A DNA stretch of 63,498 nucleotides, filler included, from Folioceros fuciformis (lineage: Eukaryota), in NCBI GenBank assembly GCA_049999805.1. It is 16 parts of 16 records of this genome, joined end to end, with 100 filler letters (N's around TTAATTAATTAA, not from the genome) between each part and the next. Parts side by side here need not be neighbours in the genome. Positions count along the whole stretch, not along the records: positions 34,766 to 37,824 come from JBNGIO010002316.1; positions 37,925 to 46,748 come from JBNGIO010002317.1; positions 46,849 to 50,698 come from JBNGIO010002318.1; 13 more parts are not named here. One strand, 5' to 3'. This document shows positions 34,766 through 47,915 of this stretch, in pieces; position 1 is the first letter of the stretch, and each line of letters begins with the position of its first letter. The notes beneath the pieces are model-generated. The model was not told the origin of the DNA and did no database searches. It saw nothing but the letters and a program-made list of their open reading frames with translations. The translations under genes and the position numbers were made by a program.

Positions 34766-37700
34766 CACAAGCAAGGTTTCAGGGTCAACTACACCTGCCT
34801 CGTTAGTATCTGCAAAATCAAAATCTGCTATGTCTTCCCCACCTGCAAGAACAATGTCCTCAAGTCGAACATGTGGAGTTCCATGATCAGTTTGGTCAAA
34901 ATAGGAATCAACAAAGCCTGTGGAGTCTTCATCATTGTTGAGAACAGGATCCTTACTAGACTCCAAGGATACCCAGGTGCGACTTTCATCAAAGGTAACA
35001 CTTCGGGCATAGACAATCTTGTTCCTACGGACATCATAAAGCTTATAGGCTTTGATTCCTTTTGTGTAACCTAACATGAGAAGCTTTTTAGCCTTCTCTG
35101 ACAACTTTTTCCTCTTCTCCTTAGGTATGAAGGCATACCACACAACCAAAAGTTCTCAAGTGTTGAACGGATGGTTTGCGACCTGTGAAGGCCTCATAGG
35201 GGGTTTTACCTACAACAAAAGTTGTGGGTAACCTATTTCTAAGGTATGTTGAAGTCATAATGGCTTTTGCCCAATATGACAAGGGAAGCTGAGCAGAATG
35301 TCGCAGCGAAGATGTCATTTCCTGCAAAGTTAGGTTTAGTCGCTTGGCAACTCCATTCTGTTGAGGGGTATAGACAATTGTTAGTTGTCGACCAAGGCCT
35401 TCAGCCACACAGAAAGCCTGAAATTCATTGGAGGTAAACTCTCCCCCATTATCTGATCTCAGGGTTTTTAGCTGCTTTCTAGTCCACCTTTCAGCATACT
35501 TTAGATAATCTCTGAAATGTCTAAAGCACTTACTTTTCTATTTCAAAATGTAGGTAGTGACAAACCTGGTTTTATCATTTGTAAAAGTAAGGAAATATCT
35601 CCCACCTCCTATGGATTCCTATGGGAGTGGGCCACACAAATCTGTGTGCACAAGTTCTAAAACCTTTGAAGCCCTGTGAGGTGCTTTATTCTTAAAAGCA
35701 GCTTGATGTCTCTTAGAAAGAACATAGGACTCGCAAAGTGGGAGTGGAGCCAACGTTCCAGTTGGTCCATCTTGATAAAGGTCACTAACAGCTAACCTCT
35801 GTAGTTTTGCTCTGTGAGGGTGACCTAGTCTTGCATGCCATAACTTAAACTTGTCTATTTGTTGCGTAGGTATAGTGGTGACATCTCAAGCAAAGTGAGA
35901 GGTTGCAGCACCACTACTTGTATGAAGACGAAATAAATCATGATCTTCAGAACCATAGGCAAGTATTTTTCTATGGTCAAATGCATCCAGCACTTGATAC
36001 TCAGTTCTCGTGAATAGCATGTGACAGTTATTGTAAACATTCAACTTTCTAACTGAAATTAGATTTCTAGTCATGTCTGGCACATAGTAAACGTCGTGCA
36101 GTGTTAGTATAGCACCTGACGGAACTAAGAAGTCTATTGTACCACGGCCAAGAGACACTAAGGATCTAACATCTCCCAGGTAAACGTATTGATCCTTAAT
36201 TGACTGATATGTTTGAAAAGATCCTTTGTTAAAGCAAATGTGTGCTGTAGCACTTGTATCTAAGTACCAATCTACGGCTTGGCTTACCTTCAATTTTGTT
36301 GACAGGCAAGTAGGATGCAAGTATGAACTTGCAAAGACTCTCGTACCTACAGTGAGGGTAGAGGGGGTAGGTTGTTTCTTCACCACCAGGTGAGTCTCAG
36401 CAACTGATGAACCCTCCTTGCGAGGAAGACCAGATTGCTTCTTTCTACACTTACATTCCTAATGACCAGGTAACTTGCACCAGTTACAAGTTCCTGTTCT
36501 TTTGGGTTTTCTTTGGTTGGCTCCTTGTCCTTGTGAGCCACCACCTCTAGATGTACTGCCTCCACCTCTATTGTAGGGTTTTCCTCCCCCACGACCCCTA
36601 TTGGATGTGTAGAGGGCTTGCTGTTTTCCAGAACGTTTACTGGAAACCCTTGTTGCTTCTTCTAGGAGCAATCCTCCCACTAACTCTACAAAGGTGGTTT
36701 CAGAAAGTGTAACATTCGCTGCCTTTGCCAGTTTTGAGGTTTGCAGATATGAAGCATTAAAAGATGTCACAAAATGTGACCATGATTCTGGGAGAGACAG
36801 TAAGAAGTATAAGGTTAGCATATCTTCTTTGACACTCTCATTTGAGGCACTCTCCAGTTTGGAGACAAGTGTCCTGAAATGGTCAAGAGGCTTCTCTATT
36901 GATTCTCCATCTTTCATCTTGCAATTCTATAAATTACGCAAGGCTGTCAACTAACTCATTGTGTTGTTGCCTGAATACAGGTCCTGAAGTCGTGTCCAGA
37001 TTTCTGCTGAGGATTTACATCCAAATGTTTGCCTCAGCATATATGAGGTTAAACCACTCCAGACGAGGAAAATGGCAGCTTCATCTTTAGCCACCCATTT
37101 GTCCTGTTTCATCTTTTCAGCAATGGTAGGTGTGGTGGTAGTAGCTGGGAAGTCTTCATCACCAACAGCTATCTTCCAAAGCTTTTTATTTTGTAAAGCT
37201 CCATGCATTCTGATTACCCATATATCGTAATCATACCCACCAAATTTGTCCTTTTCCCTAAACCCTTCCCCACCATAGCTAGATGACGGATCAACCATTT
37301 TTCCTCTTTTGTATTATGGGTTAGCTACTCCCAAAACACTAAGACACTAAAAATGACTGACCTTTATGGGTTTGTTTATCTAAACCTCAGGCACATTTAT
37401 CTTCAACAACAGAGTCAGAGAATGTTAGCAACAAGGTTAGACAAATTGTCTACAGGTATGTTTACTGACCTCTGATGCTGTGTAGCGTTCCCTATTCTCT
37501 GGTTTCTAATCTCCAACATGTTGTACGAATATAGTGCGCAGGAAGGACACGAATTTGGACTGTTAAACGTATGAGCTCTACTTGTTTTCTTAGCGTGCTT
37601 ACAAGTTGATCCTCGGAAAGCAGGATTAGCAAGCAAAGGTAGGCTTCAACAAGGTTAGCAGTTTAAAGTCCAAACGATCTATTTTTTCAATTAGATCATG

Positions 37701-37824
37701 CAAGTCAATAGTCACTGCAGTTATCCTTTGTGAGATACTGTCAAAGCGCCTGTCAACTTGTTGCTGGTGTGCCTCAATCCTGTTTATCAATTCGTCAACT
37801 GTAGGTGATTGAGAGAAATGAGAA
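34766..37824 (-). mobile_element. Ty1/Copia leader, gag (ATG 37298), PR and IN, degenerate
   Basis: KFGGYDYDIWVIRM, MKDGESIE, CNWCKLPGH, WYLDTSATAHIC, YTPQQNGVAKR, KTPYEAFTGRKP. Confidence 0.93.
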
Positions 37825-37924
37825 NNNNNNNNNNNNNNNNNNNNNNNNNNNNNNNNNNNNNNNNNNNNTTAATTAATTAANNNNNNNNNNNNNNNNNNNN
37901 NNNNNNNNNNNNNNNNNNNNNNNN

Positions 37925-38239
37925 GTGAGTGAAGTGTGTGAGGGAAGTCGCAGATCTAAGAGATTAGAGTCGTTGTAGTGACTGGAGTGAGTTTGTGGGC
38001 ACCAAGAGAGGTGCAGCTAACCGCCGGACAGCGAGGCCTGTCCTACGCCTGATCGGAGCTAGAGGGGAGCCCTCGAATCCATCATCGAGTTGATCAAGTC
38101 CGACCCTCCATCCACAGCAGCAAGGAACCCCATCGCTCCTTCGTGGGAACGAAACCCAATGTCTCAACGACAGTGGGATAAGTGTGGCCACTAAAGGTGG
38201 AACCCGTTGGCAATCAGTGCCCAAGGTTTTGCCTCCACA
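37925..38239 (+). mobile_element. Gypsy-type LTR (family Y), 3' part
   Basis: Near-identical to 59165-59312 and the reverse complement of 53639-53953; ends GCCTCCACA. Confidence 0.85.
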
Positions 38240-39159
38240 CAAAGACAATAGGCCGTTTTGGATTGCCAAAGTCTTAGAGGCAAATATTACATGCGAAAAA
38301 CCATATGTCAAAGTGCACTGGTGGGTAATCAAATGTTAAGATGGTCTTGAGGGTCGTTACCAAGAAGAGATGATTTTACCACAGGAAGCTCCACCAAGAG
38401 GGTTACGGGGCGGTCCTAGATGCAGGTCAAGCAGAAGACTTTGGAAGCATGTAGATACATTATTCATTGAAGACACTTTTATTCTAGCATATGGATTTGA
38501 CTTGACACGCCAAAAACAGCTGCCCTCCCGAACGAGGACTCTCATTCGCAAAAACCTATACGTCCTCAATCGTGACCAGGGTACACTGCCGCCTGAAAAT
38601 AATGAAAAATTGTAAGACTTTTAGATGAAAGTGTTTAGTACAAAATGATATAATAATTTTTGTATGTAGCGCCAGTCAAGTTCCGTTTTCCACCTGCCAT
38701 ACATGTGCCTTTGGCAGTGTGCGCCGATTAATCGGCACCCTTTACTTAAGAGTGCGCCGGCCTACCGGCGCACTCCCGCTTGTTCTGGGCCGGGTCACTG
38801 GTGTTCTATTTCGCCACCGTTTCGGAAAAATGCATATAGATATCTATAGGTGATAACTATGAGAAATAGGGTCACCTTATACGAGGTATCGCTCAAACAC
38901 CTACGACCTTACATGGAATCCGATAACACGTGAATTACGTAATACTTGCCATATTACAGGGTTTTGTCATGTATTTGTTTGCGATGACACCTGCAAATTT
39001 GCTAGTACTTTGGAAACAATTGATGATTAAGTTTATACTGAACACTCTTTTAGGCCACATTTCGGTTTCTCCTAACAAAAACACAGGAAAATTCGGATAT
39101 CTGACACGATTTTTCAGCGTCAAAATCTCGCAAAGCCCGAAATGGCAGAATACGCCCAT
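38240..39159 (+). mobile_element. Possible DNA-transposon 3' portion: protein C-terminus (38240-38615), GC hairpins, subterminal-like DNA
   Basis: PFWIAKV...VKVHWW...GRY...DTL...ILAYGFDLTRQKQLP..TR.LI with one stop; palindromes at 38723-38736 and 38750-38775. Family not identified. Confidence 0.35.
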
Positions 39160-39174
39160 CTTGGTTAGACAATG

Positions 39175-42100
39175 ATTCTACACCTGTTTACGTACATATA
39201 CCCAAAGTAGTTCGAACAAAGCTGGATGACAAGGCCAGCAAATACCTATTCGTGGGATTCACTGACGGCATTAAAGGCTATAAACTCATCCATCCGAAGA
39301 CACACAAAATGACCTAATCCGGAGATGTAACATTCCTTGAGGACATGCCTGACAACCCTGCAGTGGGAGAATCCTCCAGCCACACCTCTGCACAGCCTGA
39401 GGACAATGACGAAGATGAGTCCAAACCACCCAATCTCCCATCTCCTCACCAGCAGGCTCAACCACAGCCACCTGCCCAGCCCATGCCACCAACTACACGT
39501 GCACCAAAGCCCGGCCCTCTACCTCAGCCTGCAGCAGCAACTCCATCAATCTTCTTTGGCGATTTATGGACGACGAGCTCGACTCCTCCTTACCTGTAGA
39601 AGCGTCCTCAACCTCTAGCATCTTCAGCCCTCAGAATAGCAAGCCCAAAGCGCTCCAGGATGAGGACAACCAACGACATTTCCAACACAGAGGGCACTCA
39701 AAAGCCGTGCATTCATCAACAGTAGGCCCACGCATTACACACGGCGAGGAGCACACACCCAGCAAGCAATCAGCCATCCAGATCCGCACAAGGGCGGCAC
39801 ATCCTCGGGAGCGTGCCCTCACGGCCATACGAGTATACGGCATACGGGGGATACGAGTATTTTTGACCAAGCATTCGGGATAGACGCGCGGGGCGACTCT
39901 CAGCCACACAACTTGATGCCCGGCTCTCACCCTCGACCGGGGACTCCAAAAGCAAGTAGGAAATTGTATTTCAATTTAAATAATGATCCTAACTCCATCA
40001 TTCAACCTATGTATACCAAAGCTGTTGAAGATCCTCTTCACGAGGACATTGAGGACACTCCACAACAAGACAACCCCATTGACACAAGAGGCAGACGTCC
40101 TCAAAGACATAATGCAAGTAAAATTAATAGATATTCCCCCCACTAATTGGCAGGACCCTAGAACACTTTAGCCTATTGCCTCAACGCAGCCATAGATCAA
40201 TTTGTTCCAGCCAATTATCAGGAATCCATGACATACCCACAAAAGGAACACTGGAAAAAGGCAATTAAATGAGAATTAGAATCCCTACAAGCTAATAAGA
40301 CTTGGACCCTAACTAGTCTATCTAAGGATAGAAAATTAGTAGGCTCTAAGTGGACTTTTAAAATTAAGTTAAATGCTGATGGTAGCATAGAAAGATATAA
40401 AGTTAGACTAGTGACAAAGGGATATTCTCAGAAGTACACATTTGATTATGATGAAACTTTTAGTCATCTACTTAAGATAACCTCACTTAGGATTCTTTTA
40501 GCTTTAGCATCTCACCATGGCTATGAATTAATGCAACTTGACATCAAGACAGCTTTTCTATATGGTGACCTTGACCACACCATTTACATGGAGATTCCCA
40601 AGGGAATAATTGTCAAGGATAGAGCAAAGCACAATGTTTGCCTATTATTAAAGTCCTTATATGGACCTAAGCATAGTGCAATGAAATGGTACTCCAAGTT
40701 AGATGTTAGTCTTAAACTAAGCTGAACTCAGATAGTAATGTTTATATCAAAAGATCAGATGCTCACTTTATTGTCTTAGGAGTATATGTAGATGATATAG
40801 TCCTTATGTCTAACACTAAGGCCATATTAGAAGAGACTAGATTTATGCTAGCTAAACGTTTCTCTATGACTACTTGTAGAGATCTTACTTTGTGCTTAAA
40901 CATTCAAGTTCTAAGGGATAGAAAGACTAGAAGCATTCTTATTCACCAATCTAAGCATATTCAAGAGATTCTAACCAAGTTTAAGATGTTAGAGGCTAAA
41001 CCTATCTCAACACCAATGGAGATGAACCTTAAACTCAGCAAGGAAACAAACCAACAAGATCACATTTCACACACCACTCCTCCTCCTTACTCTTCCGCTG
41101 TAGGTAGTCTTATGTACCTTATGGTATGCACTAGACTAGACCTATCATATTCAGTGGGAACCGTGTCACAGTTCTTATCAACTCTTACTCAAGCTCACTG
41201 GAAGGCAGTTAAAACGATATTGAAATATTTAAGAGCAACCTCGGATCTAGGGTTGCTTTACCAATCACACATTAAGCAAGGAGAGCCTCTACAACTTGAA
41301 GGCCTTTGCGATGCTGATTGGGCAAGCAACATTGATGATAGAAAGAGCACAAGTAGCTATGTATATCTACTTGGAGGCACAGCAACAAGTTGGAGTAGTA
41401 AGCGGCAGCAGGTAGTGGCACTTAGCTCAACCGAGGCTGAGTATTGCTCATTAACCCACTCATGCAAAGACTGACTCTGGCAGCTCCTTCTACTTTTGGA
41501 GCTAGGTGAGTCCCAAAGAATTCCTAGGCCGCTTTACTACGACAATCAAAGTGCTATCATGCTTACACATAGTCCGAAGTTCCATGCTCGGACAAAGCAC
41601 GGGGAAGTGCAATTCCATTTTATAAGACAAGTAGTTGATGAAGGCAAACTTATCGTTCTATGTTGTCTAACAGAATAGATGACAGCCGACATGTTTACAA
41701 AGGCGCTCAGCTCCATCAAACACCAAGAACATACAACGAATATGGGACTAAGAAGAATATCAGAAGTTAGCTTAAATACTCAACAAAATAGAAACTTAGA
41801 CCTAACGCTAGACACTAAGTGGGAGTGTTATTAATGCATATCGACTGCCTAGGTTAGGGCACGTTTTGGTCTACAGACTAGATACCAAAAGTCGAACTTA
41901 AGCGAACGGTTACGCGTATGCTCGCAGCGTTTCACCTCTGTACTTAACGATCACGTTTTAATGCAAATCTAATCCTGATAATTACAGGACTATGCTCCGA
42001 TGCTCCACGACAAATTCACAGGTGGTGAGGTAGGGCGTAATAAGGACTACGCCCCCAATACTCCACGACAAATTCATAGGTGGTGAGGTGGGGCATAATA

Positions 42101-42414
42101 AGGACTACGCTCCAATGCTCCACGACAAATTCAAAACTAATCCAGAGCCTCTATAGGCCTTGTATGCTGTGTACGCTTTGGCTGTGCAAGCGTACACCAG
42201 GTAGGTTTTACGCTTGCTCCTAATGGACATCGACAGGCACTTGTGCAATGCGGGAGCTACAACGGGCGTACATATGCACTTGAGAATACATGTAGTACAA
42301 AAGTCGTACGTCGTGAGGAAATCCAACAGGAAAGATTGGACCACATGTAGATGCACGCATTTGAAACGTCGTTGGCGGTAACACTCCAAAGTCTCCAACG
42401 TCAAGAGCATAACA
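39175..42414 (+). mobile_element. Ty1/Copia 3' half: IN C-terminus, RT, RNase H, PPT 41817-41825, 3' LTR from 41826 to ~42403-42414
   Basis: QLDIKTAFLYGDL, YVDDI, LCDADWA, SSTEAEY, FHARTKH; AAGTGGGAG followed by TGTTA. Confidence 0.92.
41986..42133. repeat. 57/58-bp tandem repeat (2.5 copies) inside the LTR
   Basis: aggactaYgc...ctccacgacaaattca at 41986, 42043 and 42101. Confidence 0.93.
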
Positions 42415-43026
42415 AGGATTCCACTTCAAGATTCCACCATTCGTGGAGCTTCAAACTAGCTCAGGAGTCCGAACATTGCATTTATGAACTTGGAGTCTAA
42501 AGTGTTTCGACGTGAAAACTCACAAAAGCAATCACTTGGGCATTACTGCACATTGACCGGCGCAGACGTGACACGTTGATGGCAAAGCAAAATGTTGCTA
42601 GGGATGCTGACGACGGGTGGTCTGTCGGACACTAGGGCTCAGGTAGACAGTTGTGTGCCCAAACTTGACCCAAACTCGTTCAGCTGTGTGCCTGCAAACT
42701 AAGTCTTGATCTAGGTAGAAATCACGGAAGGGCCCCCCATGCCTCTCCTGATGACGGGTGAGATGGCATGTAACATGCCTACAACAAGAAGTGTTATAAC
42801 GTAAATCGAATTTGTTTCTCTCCAAGTCTGTTGAGCGATGGCTAGGACTAGTCTTGGAATCCACAAAAGCCAGGGGCCAGGCAGCACAACACTCTGCCAT
42901 AGCTACTCTTCAGCAGATCCTGCTCATCAAATTACTCTCGCATGCCCCAGGCTCTCATGACATTATCATAAGCATTCAAAGCTGCAGCTTGCCACACAAT
43001 TGAAAGCGCTGCAATGTCCCACAAAG

Positions 43027-43225
43027 ATGGCGAGCAGCGAAATCAATTTAGGGGTGGCGTTGGCTGGCCAGCTCGTATTTGCAGCTCTGATGTTGGGTCT
43101 GGCGGCCGCTGCCAACGAGGGCCCGCTTTAGGACACATATTTTGTGGCGCTCAACCTGCAGACCCAAATGCCTTGGTCGACAGAGTCCGCGGCAGCCACC
43201 TCGGCTCTCGGACATCAAGTTTATT
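43027..43225 (+). pseudogene. Possible secreted protein N-terminus (subtilase prodomain-like), disrupted
   Basis: MASSEINLGVALAGQLVFAALMLGLAAAANEGPL*DTYFVALNLQTQMP: a signal-peptide-like stretch and a TY.V motif, abutting a Copia LTR. Confidence 0.3.
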
Positions 43226-46200
43226 GGCGTCGACTCAACTATCAACGTATAGGCTTTCTAGCTGTTTGCCGCGGTCACTCCCGCTTTCGACGCCCAATTA
43301 CCCGGGCCCCAACACACGACTATGTCCTTGTTCGGGTAAGCGTTGTGACCAATATAGTGCGAGAGATGCATCAGAATCCGATAGATAGGCAATTCATGGT
43401 ACAGAACATAATGTAGTGTACAGGGCTGAGCCAGAATCTAAGGAGGAGAATAACTGATAGTTCATGACGCTTCGCCCAAATGTCGGTTCAGATTTTAAGG
43501 CTAAAAAAATGAAACGTGCCCTAAGGGCTTGAGTGCTACAACTTCAACACTCCCACTTAGCATCTAGTCCGTAGGCTATGTATTTTTACATCGCTAAGAA
43601 TTGAAGCTAATGTCTTAGACCTTTCTAAGTCCCATATTCTTCACGTGTTGTTGATGTTTGATAGAGCTAAGTGCTTTCATAAGCACGCCCGCCACCAGGT
43701 GCTCTGTTGGACAATAGAGAATTGCAAACTTGCCTTATGAAATGAAATTGTACCTCCATGTGCTTTGTTCGAGCATGGAACTTTGGGTTATAGGTGAGTG
43801 AGATGACACTTTGATTATCACAGTAGAGCAACCGAGAGAATCCTTTGGGTCTCACCTAACTCTGAAAGTTGGAGAAGTTGCTTGAGTCCATCCTTGCATG
43901 CGTGAGTCAACGAGCAATACTCAGCCTCAGTTGAGCTGAGTGCAACTACTTGCTACCGCTTACTACTCCAGCTTGTTGCTGTGTCTCCCAATAAGTATAC
44001 GTAGCTGCTTGTGCTTTTTCTATCATCAATGTTGCCAGCCAAGTCAGCATCACTATAACCTTCAAGTTGTAGAGGTTCTCCTTGTTTGATAAGTGACTGG
44101 TAGAGCAACCCTAAGTCCGAAGTTGCTCTTAGGTATCTAAATATCCTCTTAACAGCCTTCCAATGAACTTGAGTAGGAGCTGCTAGGAATTGTGACAAGG
44201 CTCCCACTGAATAGGATAGGTCTGGTCTAGTGCAAACCATAAGGTACATAAGACTACCTACAGCTGAGGAATAAGGAAAAGGAGTAGTGTCTAAACTGTT
44301 GTCCTTTTAATCCGCCTCTTTGCTTAGCTTGAGGTTCATTTCCATGGGTGTTGAGATAGGCCTAGCTTCTAACATCTTAAACTTTGTTAAGATTTCTTGA
44401 ATATATTTTGATTGGTGAATGAGAATGCTTCTAACCTTTCTATCCCTTAGGACCTAAATGCCCAAGCAAAAAGAAAGCTCTCTACAAGTGGTCATGGAGA
44501 AACTCTTAGCTAGCATAGACCTAGTCTCTTCTAGTATGGCCTTAGTGTTGGACATAAGAACTATGTCGTCTACGTATACCCTAAGACGATAAAGTAAATG
44601 CTTGATCTTTTAATGTAGATATTACTATCGAAGTTTAACTTAGTGAAACCTAGTTACTTAAGCCTGATGTCTAGCTTAAAATACCATTTCATGGCACTCT
44701 ACTTAAGTCTGTATAAGGACTTTAATAGTAGGCATGCATTGTACTTTGTCCAATCCTTAACATATATCCCTTCGGGAATCTCTATGTAGATGGTGTGGTC
44801 GAGATCTCTATATTAAAAAGCTATCTTAATGTCAAGTTGCATTAGTTCATAGTCATGGTGAGATGCTAACGCTAGGAGGATCCTAAGTGAGATTATCTTA
44901 AGTATAGGACTAAAAGTTTCATCATAATCAAAACCATATTTTTTAGAGTATCCCTTGGCTACTAATTTAGCCTTGTATCTCTCTATGCTACCATCAGCAT
45001 TTAATTTGATCTTGAAGGTCCACTTAGATCCCACAAGTTGTCTATCCTTAGGTAGAGTAGTTAGAGTCCAAGTTTTATTGGCTTGTAGGGATTCTAGTTC
45101 TGACTTGATTGCTTGTTTCCAGTGTTCCTTTTGTGGGCAGGTGATGGCCTCCTGGTAGTTGGTAGGGACAAACTGGTCTATAGCTGGATTAAGACAATAT
45201 GCTAAATTGCTCTTGGGATCCCGCCAGTTAGTAGGAGAATATCTATGTATTTTATTTGCATTGGAACAGTGAGATCGTCTACGCCTAGGCTGGTTAGTGT
45301 CAGCTGATTGTGGGATGTCCTCGTGCACATTTTTGAAATAAGGGTCTAGAGTTTCCTGCGAGTCCTGATTTCCTGTTCTTGATTGGATCGTGTCGGCATG
45401 CCTGCCAATCCCCCTCTCAATCAAAGGACGTGAGCTGGAAGGGGAGCCTGAGGGTGTCTTGGCAGAGGAGCCGACTGGATCAGCTGCAAAGTCACCGAAA
45501 AAGATGGTTTGTGGTGTGCTTGCTGCAAGCTGAAGGGAATGGCAGTGAGAAGGTGCGGGTGTGGTAGGGGGCACAAGTTGAGGCATGGGCAGTGGCTGTG
45601 CTGGGGGGGCGGGTTGGGGAAGGTTAGGACCGGGTGCAGAAAAGTCCATAGAGCCATCTTCAACATCACTATCTGGGTTGGTTGGGGCTCCCACTGGCTG
45701 TGGATGGATGTCCTCAAGGAAGGTGACGTCGCGGGAGTGGGTGACTTTGTGTGTTTAAGGGTGGATAATTTTGTAACCTTTGATCCCGTCAATAAAGCCA
45801 ATGAACAGAATTTTTTGTGCCTTGTGATCTAGTTTGGTTCTGATTGCCCTTAGGAATGTGGGCATACATAGGGGAACCAAAAATCCGAATGTAGACAGAT
45901 CGCGCTTATGACCTGTCCAGGCTTCATAGGGGTGCCAGCAGATAGAGAAGAGGTTGTGATGCGATTGCTGATGTAGACGGCATACTACTCTGGCCAATAC
46001 ATTTTAGGAAGCTGGGCATGAATCAGCATTGCCAAACCACGGTTCTGGATGGTCCGATTCATTCTTTCTACAACCCCATTTTGTTGGGATGTGTAAGGAG
46101 TGGTAGTTTGACGATTGATACCGTGTTCCTTGCAGAAGTGGGTGAATTGAGTAGAGCCATATTCTCCATCACCGTCGGATCTAAGGCATAATAAGGTATC

Positions 46201-46590
46201 GCTTGTTTGCTTTTCTGACCAGGTCTTGTATTCCTTGAAGCATGGAAATGCTTGGGCCTTGGTCTTCAATATATATATGACAGTAAAGTGAGTGAAATCA
46301 TCAATAATAAGCATGAAGTAGGTATAACCAAAGAGTGATTTGTTGAAAGGCCCGCAGATGTCAGAGTGTACTAGTTGAAGGTGCTTGGTAGCTCTTGTGT
46401 TGGATGCCTTAGGAAAGGCTGAGCGATGGCTTTTGCCGAGGGAACACACTTCATAATTACCGAAGTCCTCAATTCTGGTGAGAGTAATGCCATGGGCTGC
46501 TTGTGTCTTGATTATCTCCTTCATTTTCTGCAAATGCATATGCCCAAGCCAGGCGCGCCAAAGGAAGGTCTAATTTTGTTTCTTTGTGCC
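43225..46590 (-). mobile_element. Ty1/Copia (same family as 39175-42414): IN, RT, RNase H, PPT 43550-43558, 3' LTR starting at 43549
   Basis: LQLVHSDICGP, LRSDGDGEY, QQNGVVERMN, LVGSKWTFKIK, GYSDADLAG. Shares RYSP.NW.DP and QGEPLQLEG with the + copy. Far end of the LTR is approximate. Confidence 0.92.
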
Positions 46591-46593
46591 TGC

Positions 46594-46748
46594 TGTTAGA
46601 GAGGAAGGTGGAAAGATATTTAGGATCGATAGATTTCCTTAGGCGATTGAACGCTAAGTCAGCGTCACCGCACAATGTAGTTACAACCATAATAGCTGTC
46701 GTATTAGGGTTTACTACTAAGGTTCCTAATTAACCTAATTACTGAATA
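46594..46748. mobile_element. Probable LTR terminus inserted into the Copia
   Basis: Coding similarity stops and non-coding sequence begins with TGTTAGAG. Confidence 0.4.
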
Positions 46749-46848
46749 NNNNNNNNNNNNNNNNNNNNNNNNNNNNNNNNNNNNNNNNNNNNTTAATTAA
46801 TTAANNNNNNNNNNNNNNNNNNNNNNNNNNNNNNNNNNNNNNNNNNNN

Positions 46849-47915
46849 CATTCCGTTCAAGTACTACAGGGGGTTTTTCATGCTCCCCCTCAATGTAGTC
46901 CCAATAACCCTTTCCCATAAGAAAGTTTGTAAAACAAAACTTCCAGGCATGGAAGTTGTTTTTGTCTAGCTTCTCTTGCACGATCTAGTTAATACTGACA
47001 ATGGCCATTCTTGCCACCACTCAAGGTTGACACTCAATCATTCTTGAGTACTCACACCTGATAAATGTCTGCAAGAAAGAGACTGCTTTTGATTGGAGTT
47101 TTACTCACAAGACCTTAAGTCTCTTCTTCCTAAGAGCAATCTGGTGCAGAATCACGCTGCCTTGCGTGAACCAGATTGTCTCATGCTCCGTGTCCTTACA
47201 AACTCTTGACGATCTGCCCACAAAGCTCCCGTGACATTTCCTGTTAATTCCTTCCCTGCTGCCAAGCTAGGGTTAGCACACTTTCTTGCAGCTGCTAAGG
47301 CTACTGCAGCTGTTGCCTCCACCTGTCAACCCTTCCACAACTCCGGGCATCAACAGCCCGTCTAGTAAGCTGATAGGGCCTTGTCGCCCTTCTACTCACT
47401 TCCTGCACACATCGATATGAGAGTTAGCTGCCGGGACGCTTGCTGCCGATCTCCCTCCAGGTTGCTCCAACTCCTCGTAGTTGCTCCAACTCCTGGTGTG
47501 CACTCTTGCTGCCTCTTGCAGCACCTCCTACGCCGATCTTGCACCGCCCTCAGGTGTAGCCGCCTGGCTCTTCGGCTCTGGGCTACGCTTGGCAATCTGG
47601 CTCTCAAGCTCTGATACCATGTCAATAGGATCGACTCTAGTCTATGTGTAAGTGTAGGAGAGGACAGGAGAGGAGAGAAGAGAGGGTGGTATTGGTGGTC
47701 ACAACCAAAAACAATACACATCACCATTGTCTTACTATGGAGGTCCGAGGTCTCCATTTAAGTAGTACATTTAGGGCTACACAACTTCCAAGTTCAATAT
47801 GGGATAATCTACACAATCCTAAGTTCATTAATAACTAGAACTAGTTTAGTATAAACCCAACCGAGATAACTATCACCACATGAGTTTAGCTTATATAGAG
47901 CTCGATAACTCAACA
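46849..47915 (-). mobile_element. Ty1/Copia 5' end: LTR 47620-47915, PBS 47608-47619, leader, gag start
   Basis: gctctgatacca is the exact reverse complement of TGGTATCAGAGC; LTR TGTTGA...TTGACA; EKLDKNNFHAWKF..TNFLMGKGYWDYIEG. Confidence 0.9.
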
